Of a stretch of 64,000 nt of DNA, positions 1 through 11,830 are shown in pieces. Within the stretch, counting starts at the first letter, position 1. Each line of letters starts with the position of its first letter. The position numbers and the translations under genes were made by a program. The notes under the pieces were generated by a model. The model was not told where the DNA came from and ran no database searches. It was given only the letters and a program-made list of their open reading frames with translations. This DNA comes from Anthoceros angustus (lineage: Eukaryota > Plantae > Anthocerotophyta). The stretch lies in NCBI GenBank assembly GCA_010909165.1, contig MU008195.1, positions 1-64,000 of the forward strand. Reading direction: 5' to 3'.

Positions 1-2320
1 GAAGAATGAATAAACACCGACCTTGCTTTGTCATGCATTCTTCGCCTCCCGCATCCCTTTGTGTGTGCGCTGACCGCCAAGCGACGAGAAGGCGAAGGGG
101 GTTCGGAGGCCCTCGTGGTGGTTCGCCAACGCAGCTCCTCCTCTCGTGAAAGATTGTTGTTGGATGTGCTTTGTGTTGGCCTCGGTGAGGGATGGCGCCG
201 ACTACGCCGCTGTGTTCGCATAAGAATCGCCCGAGAGAAATACCCGCTAGTCCACCCCTGTGCGCCAGCCAAGGGAGGCGCAACCGCGAACGCTATGGTA
301 GAGTTAGATTTGGGGATCGAATGAAGTGAGTCTGTATGTGGTGGTCCGTGAGCTATGTTTCTTTTGAGAATGGTGAAGAGGTTGGCTATGGGTGTGTCGT
401 TGTAGAGTGAATTGATCTGTAGAGGAGAGTGTTGAGGTGGAGGGAATCTCGAAGGCGTGGAGCGCGCTGGGCCGATAACCCAAACGCATAACACCGCTTG
501 TTGCCCACACGAGGACAAGTAGACCAAGCGATGAGAGTGAGAGAGTGAGAGGAACGACCGCAAACAATCCGAACCAAATCTCTTGGGATCGAATCCTACG
601 ATTCAACGCATCTGGAGGATAAGTGTGGCCACCGAGGCGAGCTCCGGGTGACCGAGGCAAACCTACCACACAACGGGAGAAGTTGGTGACAAAAGTCACC
701 ATGATGGGCAGCAGTCATGGTGGGACCCGCCACTTGGAACCACCTGCGGTGGTCGAGTCTTCCACGGCGCCCGGGTATGGGTAGTCGGGAGAGGAGGGGG
801 TAGTGATCCAGCGGGGTAAGTCTAGAATCCATAGTTTTAGAACACCTCGACACAAAACCATTCCCTTGGGATCGAATCCTAGGACTATAACGACATAGAG
901 GGTAAATGTGGCCTCTTTGCGCTTTCGGATGCAAAACCCATTCCATGTGGTTTAGTCGGGGTCTGGAAACCCCGTTTACCATATCGTTTCATCAAACCCA
1001 AGGAAGTAATTATTATAAATGGTTGGAAACTAGGCGGTAATTACGCTTACCTGCAGGCCGTGTTCACATTACAAGAGCACCATGCAAGCAATTTGGACTT
1101 GAATACTAGCGGCAAAGTTGCGCGATGTAACCTACCGTGTTCAAAACAATAAGTGTCGAAACCTCGCTCCAAAGTAGCTGAGTAAGCCGGTTTACAGCTG
1201 GTGTTGACTTTAACCACACATTAGCGTTTAGGTTCAGTATGCTTCGTGGTCAAGGTGAGGGTAGGGGTTGTTTTACCTGTGTTCTTTGCCTTTGTTCGCT
1301 TTATGCCTTCTCACCCAGAGTCGCTCTTCACAACCAACAATGGGTTGCAAATGCCATTAGCCAGTGAAGATTGCTTTGTCGTGGAGAAGGACCTAGAGAC
1401 ACGGCTACCGCAACGCTGCCTTTTGTAACCGGGATACCGTCGAGGCTTGTGGCGCGACTTTGTCCGAAAGCCAGACATGGCCTGTGTCGTTGTAGTAAGG
1501 AGTCCGCTCTCAAGGAATGGTCTCGCTGCTTATTCTACTGAAGCCTACAACCCATCGCCTCGAACGGACTTCATCATGTTGGGTCCGGGCTGCTCCACAA
1601 CCCTAAGTGTGTGCCCTCCAACTCGTTGGACCGCACGCTACAGCCCAACCGGACCTTCCCACAAACCCCGCCTCAAGCTCTCCACTAATCGAACAGTTTA
1701 GCGACGCTCCTCCGCCGCCCACGTGACCAGCGCCCCCGGCCTCAACTCCGTCCTCGGCCACAACTCCACCTCAACACACACGCTGCAACGCCACCTCCTC
1801 CTCTTATCCATCCCTAGTAGTAGTAAACACCAATACCGATGTATTCACACCAGGCTTTTGCTCCGCCACCGCCTTCACTGCTCGGGCAGAAGTAGTAGCC
1901 GCAACCGAACCCCACTGCCTGCTCCAGCACTCTCCGTGGATGGCTTCCGCCCATAGGTCACCCTCAAGCGCCTCCTAATCCGGACCTCCGGCCGGCTTCA
2001 CGCTCATGGGAAGTAGCTGCAACCCCACAGCCTGCTCCAGAGCCTCCAGGTTAGTCCCGCACCCGAAATCACCCTCGAGCACCAGTCCGACTGCACCGCA
2101 TCAAGCTGATGACTGAGCTCGCCACCGTGAGTTTCCTCAACACATCCTCTACCACTCACCAATTAATCCCGCACGGTGACGCAGCACACACTCGCCTCGA
2201 ACACGGAGGCAAGAGCACACGGAAAAAGATGGTACCGTCTCCCTCTGGGCACCGGCCTTTATATCCCCAACACCTAATTCAACCCACCTATGTATGTACC
2301 TTAACCGATCGTGGTAACCG

Positions 2321-2975
2321 GCCGCCGGACTTACTCCGTCGAACGCCGCCGGACTTACTCCGTCGAACGCCGCCGGACTTACTCCGTCGAACGCCGCCGC
2401 CGGACTTACTCCGAACGCCGCCGGACTTACTCCGAACGCCGCCGGCCGGACTTACTCCGTCGAACGCCGCCGGACTTACTCCGTCGAACGCCGCCGGACT
2501 TACTCCGTCGAACGCCGCCGGACTTACTCCGAACGCCGCCGGACTTACTCCGTCGAACGCCGCCGGACTTACTCCGTCGAACGCCGCCGGCCGGACTTAC
2601 TCCGAACGCCGCCGCTGGCTTTTATTGCCGAACGCCGCCGGACTTACTCCGTCGAACGCCGCCGGACTTACTCCGTCAACGCCGCCGGACTTACTCCGTC
2701 GAACGCCGCTCGGCCGGACTTACTCCGTCGAACGCCGCTGCCGGATATTTCATTGCCGAACGCCGCTCGGCCGGACGGCTTCAACGCCGCCGGCCGGACT
2801 TACTCCGAACGCCGCCGGCCGGACTTACTCCGTCGAACGCCGCCGGACTTACTCCGAACGCCGCCGGACTTACTCCGTCGAACGCCGCCTCTAACGGACC
2901 ATGTCTTTCGGTTGGATCACCCCATCCCGACGGACTAGTCCAAGACTGGCCGGACTTACTCCGTCGAACGCCGCC
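2321..2975. repeat. GC-rich minisatellite, 24-bp unit CCGGACTTACTCCGTCGAACGCCG with shorter and longer variants, roughly 25 copies
   Basis: Directly visible tandem array. It translates as PPDLLRRT, AGLTPSNA and RRTYSVER repeats in the three forward frames. Confidence 0.95.
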
Positions 2976-3027
2976 TAACGGACCTGTGGTTTAGGATTGC
3001 ACTTGCGCAATCTGCCAAACGGCCTTA

Positions 3028-5426
3028 TTGGCTAACCTCCCCCTATCCCTCTTAACAAGAACGACAAAAAACAAAACAAGCCTAAAACAAGTCGCCATGA
3101 GTACGGACATCAGATTTGGCACTCCACAAGGCTACAAGTGGGAGGGTGCATTGGACCCAACGCTGGTAAAGAATGGAACTTGGCTACGGCCAGCCATTTT
3201 AGGGCCGGCCCAACACCGAAAGTGCGGACTTGCAGAAAGAAATCTAGGACGCAAGCACACGGCGAGGCAAGAGACTCCAGAGCCGTGCGCCTTCAACATA
3301 CTCGGCATGGGAAGGATGGACGGGGTCGTGCAAAGCGTGCAAGGTGCAACAAAAGGACGGTCAACAATACGGAACTTGAGACCGTGGCATGGATGGGCTT
3401 GGGAGGGCAGCTCGAGGTGGGACAGACGGTCCAAGCGCATCAAGGTGAGCTGGCATGGTGTCTGCAGCACAAAACCACCAAAAAATCGAGTAGATAGAGA
3501 GGGTTTTGACTGCAGCAAACACAAGATCCGAAGATGATGACGACGACAAAGACTCAGCCGGTTTTCACAAGGACTAGTGTGCACAATACCTCGATGCGAT
3601 TGTTGATGAAAACAACCCGGAACGCTCATGTAAGGTTGCTGGTGGGGACGGGAGACATCTCATAGCAACCCAAGATGGCTTTGGGGCGTCTGATGCGTGG
3701 GCATTAGAAGACGCCCATTCAGTTGATAACATGGTCCATCCCTTTGGGATGTCAAAATGATAAGGCACACATGCGGGATGGGTCTATGCCATGTGGACCG
3801 GAATCTCAAAGGCGATTGCCGATGAACACATTGCAAGTCCCGAGTTTTGCAGGCCTGCACAAAAAGCACACTCACCATGGGGAACAAGGAGGCGGGTTGG
3901 GAAGAGGTCAAGATGTGAGATCCGGGCCCGCTTTGCGATGATCGATTGGAGTTACAAATGTGTCCGCATGCTAGCAAGGGCGGACATGCACTCCTCAAAG
4001 CACTAGGCGAGGGAAGTCTCAGTGATAATTCGGAGGAAATGCTTGTGCTCCCCTAAACCAAGGTGAGATTGCTAACGGGTGTACCGCCCTAGGGTCGTAG
4101 GTCCCGAGCACCCCAAGGATCCGTTCATCCCACATGTGCGAGAGGACGAGGATGCACCGATACAAGAGGGCAAGAGCATGTCCCCTGAATTTGGGCATCT
4201 CCCCGTTGATGCCCATGTTGGGGATGGTATTGAAATTCCAGCGTGTTTTGATGATGAGTTGAAGGGCAACAAGGAAAGAAAACGAAAGAGGATTTGGGAC
4301 TTAAGATGAGGTTCTCCTTTCTCATTTGCATGAATCGTAAGCGTGATGCTTATTTTTCCGAGTAGTCTTGTGGCAATTCGGGTCTAAGCTACAAACAGTT
4401 GTAGCTCGACCAAATCAAGCCTTGGTAACAGTCCGTATTTCAGCCCGAAAGTCCTTAGGTTTAGATGTCCAGCCTTATTTTTTCAGATTGCCCTATTCAT
4501 ATCCATCGATCATGCTTTTTCTATGTGTTATATTCTCGAGACTCGCCATCTTGGTTTCCAATGAAGGATCGGGTGCACTTCGCCATTCGTCATTTGTGCA
4601 ACCCATCTATCGATTGGAACATTCGATGTTGATGTCCTTCTTGTGGAAAGCACAATTAGGCGCACTATCTCGGTCCATGGACGCTTTCAACGTGTTGTGG
4701 CTCAGATAGTGGCTCGGGCTTGAGGCATTGGAAGAACAACTTGAGGAAGGAGGCTAGGCATTTCTTGAAGGGCAAGAAAGCTTGCGACAAGTACGTGCCT
4801 AAGAGCCTTAAACGAGAGTATTGGGATGTTCTATTGAAACAAGAGAAGGACAAGCTAGACGGTGTCATTGCTCCTAGCTGTGGCTCGCGCACAATGAGGA
4901 AAAATGTGACAAGAAGCCATATTCATGCTTTGGGTTTGAGGGCATGGACAAAGTTCAAAGCCAAGTTTGATAGACAGCCACCTTTGAAGAGATTAAGTAT
5001 GTGGGTTCGGGCATGGAAGCGACAAAGCTTAGAGCTTATTGGAAGGAAAGTGAAACCGCAGCTCCATCTTTGGGTCCTCAAAAGACGTGACGGAAGTCGG
5101 ATACACACAAACTGGAACCTCTGCATGAGGCAGATACATGTGGGGAATGTGATGAAAAGGTGATGGAAGCAATCTTGCATAAGAAGGTCCGTGATGAAGG
5201 GTTCATGGTGGAGCACCTTCTTCCCGAACTGCTGCAAGGAAGGCTAAGGAAGCAACTTCTTAGCTCAGTTATTAGACTCCTACATCCAGTCAAACATTTT
5301 GTAGCCGAATGCAGCAATTGTTTCAGCCGATATCGTGATGGGATGTCTTCCGCATGGACTCTCTTGAGCTGCTTAGGCCGTGTGGTGGAGGCCAAGGACG
5401 TGAATTCGGTGAATTGTAGGATGTAG
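3028..5426 (+). pseudogene. Decayed TnpA-like ORF (Ptta/En/Spm, Transposase_24-like) of the CACTA element
   Basis: Chain of short + strand ORFs broken by stops and frameshifts. 4720..5163 contains VPKSLKREYWDVLLK...RKNVTRSHIHALG, resembling the P..I....W..L / R....H..G pattern of plant En/Spm TnpA-like proteins. Confidence 0.5.
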
Positions 5427-5642
5427 GCCATGTTGCGTGCTCTTTCCCCAAACAATTCGGAAATGGTTTACCTTCTTGCGATTAGATTTGTATGCGTGAT
5501 TGTGGCGTGGTCCTAGTGGGGTTGTAGGTGACGTTTTGGGTGCTGTAGGTGGATGTTTATACAAGAGACCTCCGTAGATTTACATCGAACTGGTTTTAGT
5601 TCACACACAACACTTTTATAAAGGACCCTAATCCTAAACCCA

Positions 5643-6245
5643 TTACTTTACAACGAGGTTCCATTACAACAGGGTCGTTGTAAAGGGATAGCCCTTTTAC
5701 TACGAACCCTTTACAACTGGGTTCCATTACAACAGGGGTCGTTGTAAAGGTTTAACACATTTACAACGACCCCTTTACATCAAGGTTTAAAAGTCCATTG
5801 TAAAGGGACCGCACCTTGACAACGGACATTTACAACAAGGTACGGCTCTTTAGAGACCATTGAGTTTAATTAACCGTGGTTACTTAACACCAATCGTATG
5901 GGGTCATGTAACAACAAGCATTAATCCTAGTTAGTAAACTATAGTCAAGTAACCTTGATTACTTAACTATAATATATTAACTATGGTTAGTGAAGTTGTA
6001 AAACGTTGTAAGTGCATCGTAGTATTGTCCGTAGTAAAGGCGCCGCTGTAAAGGTTAACCACTATACGGACCACCCAGTTAAGTCGCATAACGATACCGT
6101 GACCAGATATAATACAAGGTATAGCCATCGATAATTAGTATGAATATTTACTACGGATATTACTAAGGTGTGTTTACTACGAGGGTTTTACAACGGACGA
6201 CGTAAAGTCGTAGTAATTGCCGTTGTAATTTCCGTTGTAAAAGAC
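5643..6245. repeat. CACTA subterminal repeats (TTACAACG / CGTTGTAA motif in both orientations)
   Basis: Many copies of ttacaac/ttactac and their complements gttgtaa/gtagtaa, often in head-to-head pairs, running up to the TIR. Confidence 0.85.
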
Positions 6246-6262
6246 CCGTTTTCCTAGTAATG

Positions 6263-6785
6263 TAGGGGACCCACCATAGCACCAGGGGACAGCGAGGAGG
6301 AGGATTTAATAGTGACGGCAGTTGTCAGCCCACCTCCAATGGCGCAGCCTAACCGGATTAGAGGAAGGGGTAGGGCCTCTGCGGGGCTCCGGGCATCAAG
6401 AATAATCCGATTGGGCGCCCCTCAGATGCTAGAGCTAGGGATTGGGCTGCCAGGGTCAGGAGTCAGCCATAGTCAGCAATAGCCTCATCGCCGTAGACGT
6501 AGGTAGGCATGCGCAGGGGACTGGCACCACTCGCGCGTGCGTAGTTAGCTGGCAGCAAGGCCAATTAAGGAATGTAATAAAGGCACTACCTCGGAACATA
6601 GTATAAGAGGGGTTTGCCGTTCCATTAATGTGATTTTTCTTTTGAGGTTGATGCCGCGTTATACTTGTAGGCTCCTGTGAGTCCAGCGCTAACGCGAGTC
6701 CCGAGTCACCGAGAGGGCAAACTACTCCAGAGAGAATTATCCAGGTTCTGGTGACGGACCCCTAACGCGTGGTGGTGAGTGCAGG
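6263..6785 (+). mobile_element. Putative 5' LTR (~500 bp) followed by a PBS-like sequence
   Basis: Start (TG)TAGGGGACC is nearly the reverse complement of the end GGACCCCTAACG (6767). Internal AATAAA and TATAAG lie at ~6576-6607. TGGTGGTGAGTGCAGG begins 2 nt after the end (6770). No second LTR or gag-pol is seen. Confidence 0.45.
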
Positions 6786-7604
6786 TGTGGAGAAGCCGGG
6801 ACCCCTGCTCTTCCAGGGCAAGACCCCGATGGCCAGCAAACCGAAGCGAGCGTAGAAGGCCAATCACCAGGGAGGGCGTAAAGAGCCCGGACTAAACGGA
6901 GTAGCGGTCGTGAACGCGGAGGTCCTGCAACCCACTTATTGAAACCCGCAACTCCAACCAGGCACCTCAAGGTGTGGACGAGGTCAACAAGATTAGAGCG
7001 GCGAGGAAGTCACGGGTGAGAGAGAGGACATTGGGACGAGAATGAGTCCTTAAACATTCGGCCATATCGTGCCTGTACGGTAATATAATGGTGAGACATA
7101 AAGTAAGGTGCGCGGCTGTTGCCAGGTGAGTAATACGGGCGTTGAGAGTGTAGAGGGTAATACGTACCCCGGTCCGATTGTGGAACGAATAGCCAGTCTC
7201 CGGAGTGGGTCCTCTGGTCCTATGCTCGGGTACTCCTTGCAGTCATTTACATCACTCTGCTTTGCTACTTGGTCCTTGGCATCTTGCACAGCGAAGGGTA
7301 AGTTAGGCGATCCGAGTACCTCCGCCCACTCCATCATGGGGAGGCACCGTCTATCTGGAGCGTGGAGTCGGGCGCAGGTTTTTCCGCCGCCTTCCGTCCT
7401 AGTCCGTTGGGGCTCAACTGGAGGGTTCGCAACGGACCTTGTCTCCACCAAGCCACCGTACTATCTGCTCCCTGCCAGCTAGCCGATTCTTTGCCTTTCT
7501 GGTGGTACCAGCAGGAGGGAAGCGGGAATTTCTTCCTAGATTTCCCTTGGAGGGGAGGGAGTCCGTTCCAGGCGGATGGTGTCAGGGATGCCCTCCCAAT
7601 CTTC

Positions 7605-9426
7605 CTACTCCTGTGCACGCCGTGTCTTGGCCCCCTTGACTGACCGGCTGTCCGAGTCCTGCGCCCCTCCATCCCGCTCTCCCTCCAGTAAGGTGGCCAG
7701 CCCCCGTCGGAGGACTCGTTCCTCCTCCCCATCCTTCAGGAGGTTGTACAACCTCCTGTCCCCTCTCATCTTACATGTCTCGGAACACCACATGTGGTGT
7801 TCCCAGACATGCAAGATGAAAGGGGACAACATCGAAGGGGGAGGCCGCTCATTGCGCAGCTTCCGGGCCTCCTTGACTATCCGGGCAAAGATGATTTGCC
7901 CCGGGCCTCCTCTTGCCTCGGAGGGCATGTAGGTGGAACAGGTTATCCCCAGGTGGTCCACTTTGGTGAGCATGTTCCAGTGGACGATGATTTTTGCCAC
8001 TACCCTCACCCGCCGGTCCAACAGGTCCGACATCAGCCATCCGTTGGAGGACCTCTGAGTCCTGGGCTTCAACAGAGCCGCCTTGGTTGCCTCCAATCTC
8101 CCCTTTACCTTTAGGGGCTCCAGCACTACTCCCCCAACTTCCTGTGCCAGCCGGTTGTATATCGCGCAAAGGACCTCCACTGTCCATCGCCTCGGGTCCT
8201 CCCTCAAGCTCTTCGAACGAACGACCTTGCTCGCCACCGCCAACATCTTTCGGGAGTACTCCCGGACCAGCGCCACGCTGTCGTAGGTCCATACCGCCTA
8301 GAAGATGTCCAGGTGCCACTCCTGCACGAGCTCGCCCGCTTCCACGAGCCAAGGGCCGAAGTCGGGGTAGCGCCTAGTCACTGTATTTTTCTCTACCAGG
8401 CACCAGGGCTCCAAGACCTCCACTGCTTTCTTGGGCCCCATGTGTGCTCGCCGCTCGTTCTGCTAATTACCTCCTCCCCATCTTTTGACAAAACAACCTC
8501 CTCCGTAGCACAAGCTTCCAACTCTGCACGAATTTTTCCATACACCTCATCCATGATGACCTTTGGTGCCCATGGCTCAATACACATAGGCTCAGCTGCT
8601 GATTCTTTTGTTACGCCACTGTAGCAATTTGTTTAGGAGACTGCTCGTCTCCCTTCTTGCTGGCCTCCTCTTCTACCTTCTTTGCAGCTGGAGGTCCTTC
8701 CTTCTTCATGGCTTTTTGTGCTTCCCTCTACCCAACTCTGGAGAGCTCCAGAGATTGTTGTGAGGAACGTCTTTTGGCTGTTCTCTGGCTCCGCCTGATA
8801 GGAGTGGAACACTCATCCAAATCAACCTCGGCTCTTGCGTCATCACCTACCACCACAATGGGCTGCGAAGAATCGTTTGTATGATCTCCAGAAGGAAATT
8901 CGACAACCTGTGATTTCTTCTCCAATGCATCTGCCTTATCCTGCTTCCTCTTCTCAACAGCTAAATAGTACTCAGACCAATTCACACGCTTGCCAAGCTT
9001 CTTCTCCAGAAACCCAAGTGCCAAAAACCGTGGCACCCTCTGCGATGCAACAGCTGTGGGAGCCCGCCCATACAGCTTCTCAACAAGACTGTCCACGTGC
9101 GTCCACTTTATGTCAGACAATAGGTCTGTGATCCCCAAGAGGTATCCATCATTTCCATTAGTGACATCCCCAAAGTGCCTTTCGATCTCATCTTCACCTC
9201 CAATAGCCTCCTTTAGTCCAACCTGTAGTTCAGCACATCTGACATTCACACCTGTAGTTGACAATTCCATATCACCGTAGTGCCAACACCAATGCTCCCC
9301 CCTGAATTTTTCAGGAATGTCGTGTCCTTGTAGAGCCGCATTCACTTTTGCAGCTCTATCCAACCTAGCCTTCAGCTGGCGCCTAACGTTCCTGTCCATC
9401 TTGGTTGCAGAGGAGGCGCTTGACAC
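7605..9426 (-). pseudogene. Retrotransposon accessory ORF (putative plant transposon protein, Transposase_32-like), interrupted
   Basis: Collinear minus-strand ORFs 8728..9426, 8393..8587 and 7605..8276, separated by stops and a frameshift. Motifs LVREYS, NGW..DL..R, LSPFILH and G.RVNW.EY resemble TE-borne ORFs of non-seed plants. Confidence 0.5.
7739..7828. repeat. Two abutting palindromes: 18 bp perfect, and 72 bp with 3 mismatched pairs
   Basis: GGAGGTTGTACAACCTCC at 7739-7756. Arms 7757-7792 and 7793-7828 are reverse complements at 33/36 positions. Confidence 0.95.
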
Positions 9427-11589
9427 ACCCCGGAATTATCGCCAGCTCCGCCATACGCCGCCGAGCCTTCACCCCGTTCTTGGTGACATGGTGTCCTGAA
9501 CTTGACCTGAACCCACCACATTCCTCAGAACCAGGACACTTAAATGATAATACACATGTAGCAACAGCGAAGGAAAGTAGCGTGAAAGGAGCATTTCACC
9601 TTTACACAGGTCAGGTCAGCAGTCCAAGGGTGTAAACAAGCAGTGCCACCACCTCCCCATGATGACAGCAGTACAGGAAAGATTAACGTCCATAATCACA
9701 CACAAATCAGTCATGTGCTCGTGATTGTACAACGGAAAAAAAAATGCGGAGACAACCGTTAGACTCAATACTAACTAGAAAGAAAGGGGATAGAACAAAT
9801 GATGGGTTTTCCAGAATCTGTTTCCCTCCCTCACGGCCAGCTTCCCTCCCTCGCGGACAGCTTCCTCCCTCACCTATGTGATGTATCTTAGCTTGTCGTC
9901 AACCTGTCGGGCTTGGTCTGGGAGCTGTTACCATAAACGTTGAGCACAGGTTAAGGAGCCTTACAGTGAACTCAGCACAGTCTCCAAACAAACCAAACAG
10001 GCTTCAAGCAAGAGCAGCACCTCACGGTGCAACAGCAATAGTTGCGCACACCCTCCCTCACACACGCTCACATAAAAAACCTCCCAAGCTATTGTCTCGT
10101 GCTCACCCACTGCCTATTGGCTGCACCGCACACACTGCTCTAGCAAAAGCTCCGACGGCCGACGAAACCACGCGACAAAGCCCCCACCCTCGCACCATCA
10201 AGCTCCCCAAGGTGCCGTAAGAACCTAATTCCGACTCCAAATAGCTTATGCGCACAGTCACCGCCTGCCGTCACATCGCCTGCTCGCAGTTTAGCGTGAT
10301 GCATGGACAAAACCAATGCATGTGAGTCTCAACATTAGGAGCACGGTTGATGGAAGTGGATAACCTCATTATCACCCTCACAAAGTCAACGAGCATCCCG
10401 CTCGTTTCCGCCTGCTGTTTCCCGCCCGTCGGTCACTTACGAGTTTGGATAATAAATTGTCCCTAGCATATATAGTAGGACTTAATCTACTATTATATCA
10501 AATAAATTAATTTTTCAAATATAAAAATTACAATATATCTATGAAGTTACAAACGAATAGCTCTAAAAATATCGGTCAAAATGGTCATAATTTCAATTGT
10601 TAAAAAATCTTAACGTAATGCAAAACACCACTTAGAGACGGTTTCGCCCGTTTCCTAAATTAGTGGTCACCTTACCATGCTCGTACCCTATTGAGATAGG
10701 GCGGGCGGTGATGCTCTCCGCTGCGCTCCTTAACTCGGGAGGAATTGGCACGCCGGAAGGAGCCGAAGGCCACCGGGCGTTGCACTCGAACCTCGGAAGA
10801 GAAAGCGCCAAACAGCGGGGTGCCTGAGCGCGAGTGAATGAGAGAACTACCCAGAGGTTGATAACATCCTCAAATTGGTACATGGACAACAATTCTACAG
10901 CCAACTTCTCTGCAGAAGTCCCCAAATTCAGGCAGTCAGTAGAAAAGTTCGGCCGCCATATAATTACATGGAATAAAAGAGAACCTCGTTTTCAGAGAGA
11001 CTTTGAAAACATAGTGTTAGAGTGTCTGAAACCACAGTGGCTCTTTGTTTTCAGGTTGACACTTACTGAAGATGACCTTCTCGTGGGCCGGGCATAATCG
11101 ATGCGCTGGAAGGTGTCCTTCACGCCAAGAATCCCAGTCCTGCATCGTGTACCACAAGTTCACGCCCGCCGCCTTCTTGGCGCATGTCCTTGGGTCGTGG
11201 CTACCTGCCTATAACGGCTGCTGACAACTTTGCGGTCCTGGTCCGCTACATGTCAGTCATCCACTCGGCACCGTCCATGTATCCTACTTGCCAAATTACG
11301 CCCCACGCCCGTTCCCTGGTCACTCCTTCCATCGGACTTCACCCTGATCTGCGCTGGAGGTCCTCTAGACTCGCTCCGGAGTTCCTTCGGAGGCGCTCCG
11401 GAGTTGCCCCGAAGTTTCCGATATTGCTCAGCGAGGCCCCTTTCCCACATCTTCCCCGTCTATCGCGATTAGGTCTGTTTAGCCTTATTTTCTTCCTCTA
11501 CCGCCTTATTCCTCACACCACACACCCCAAAAAGAAAAAAAAACTCCTATTACCTTCTTAAGGGGGAGTCTACCGTTCTTCACTTGTCC

Positions 11590-11830
11590 ACACATGGCCA
11601 GTTCCAGCGTCATGTCATTAAAGTGGTGATGTGGCGCCACATCACCGCCACATCACCAAGTGATGACATGGCATGTTGTTGCCACGTGGTCTTTCATTGC
11701 GACGTCATCAGGTGATGACGTGGTAGGATTTGATGACATGGCCCTCATCGCCACATCACCATGTGATGACGTGGTGCCCACTACCATGTGGTCCTAGTTA
11801 GCAACCCTTGCCACGTCACCTATTTATGAC
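11590..11830. repeat. Cluster of (GA)TGACGTGG / CCACATCA motifs in both orientations, probably the terminal region of a DNA transposon
   Basis: More than 10 copies of tgatgtggc, gccacatca, tgacgtgg or ccacgtca within 240 bp. Confidence 0.6.

Larger units (their letters stand above)
1..6262 (+). mobile_element. CACTA (En/Spm) DNA transposon, right-hand portion; left end probably outside the window
   Basis: Ends in ...GACCCGTTTTCCTAGTAATG at 6262, whose reverse complement CATTACTAGGAAAACGGGTC is a one-mismatch CACTA terminus. It is preceded by bidirectional subterminal repeats and a decayed TnpA-like ORF. The left boundary is not seen. Confidence 0.7.

Noticed and set aside
581-915. Two TGGGATCGAATCCTA motifs resembling a tRNA T-loop/B-box
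   Set aside because: No cloverleaf or A-box; more likely a degenerate internal duplication in the TE.
2106-2140. Hammerhead ribozyme core CTGATGA (also on the minus strand at ~48592)
   Set aside because: No correctly placed GAAA or supporting stems.
2321-2975. CRISPR-like array or repeat-protein gene
   Set aside because: Units are contiguous with no unique spacers, there are no cas genes, and the context is eukaryotic. The ORFs arise because the unit lacks stop codons.
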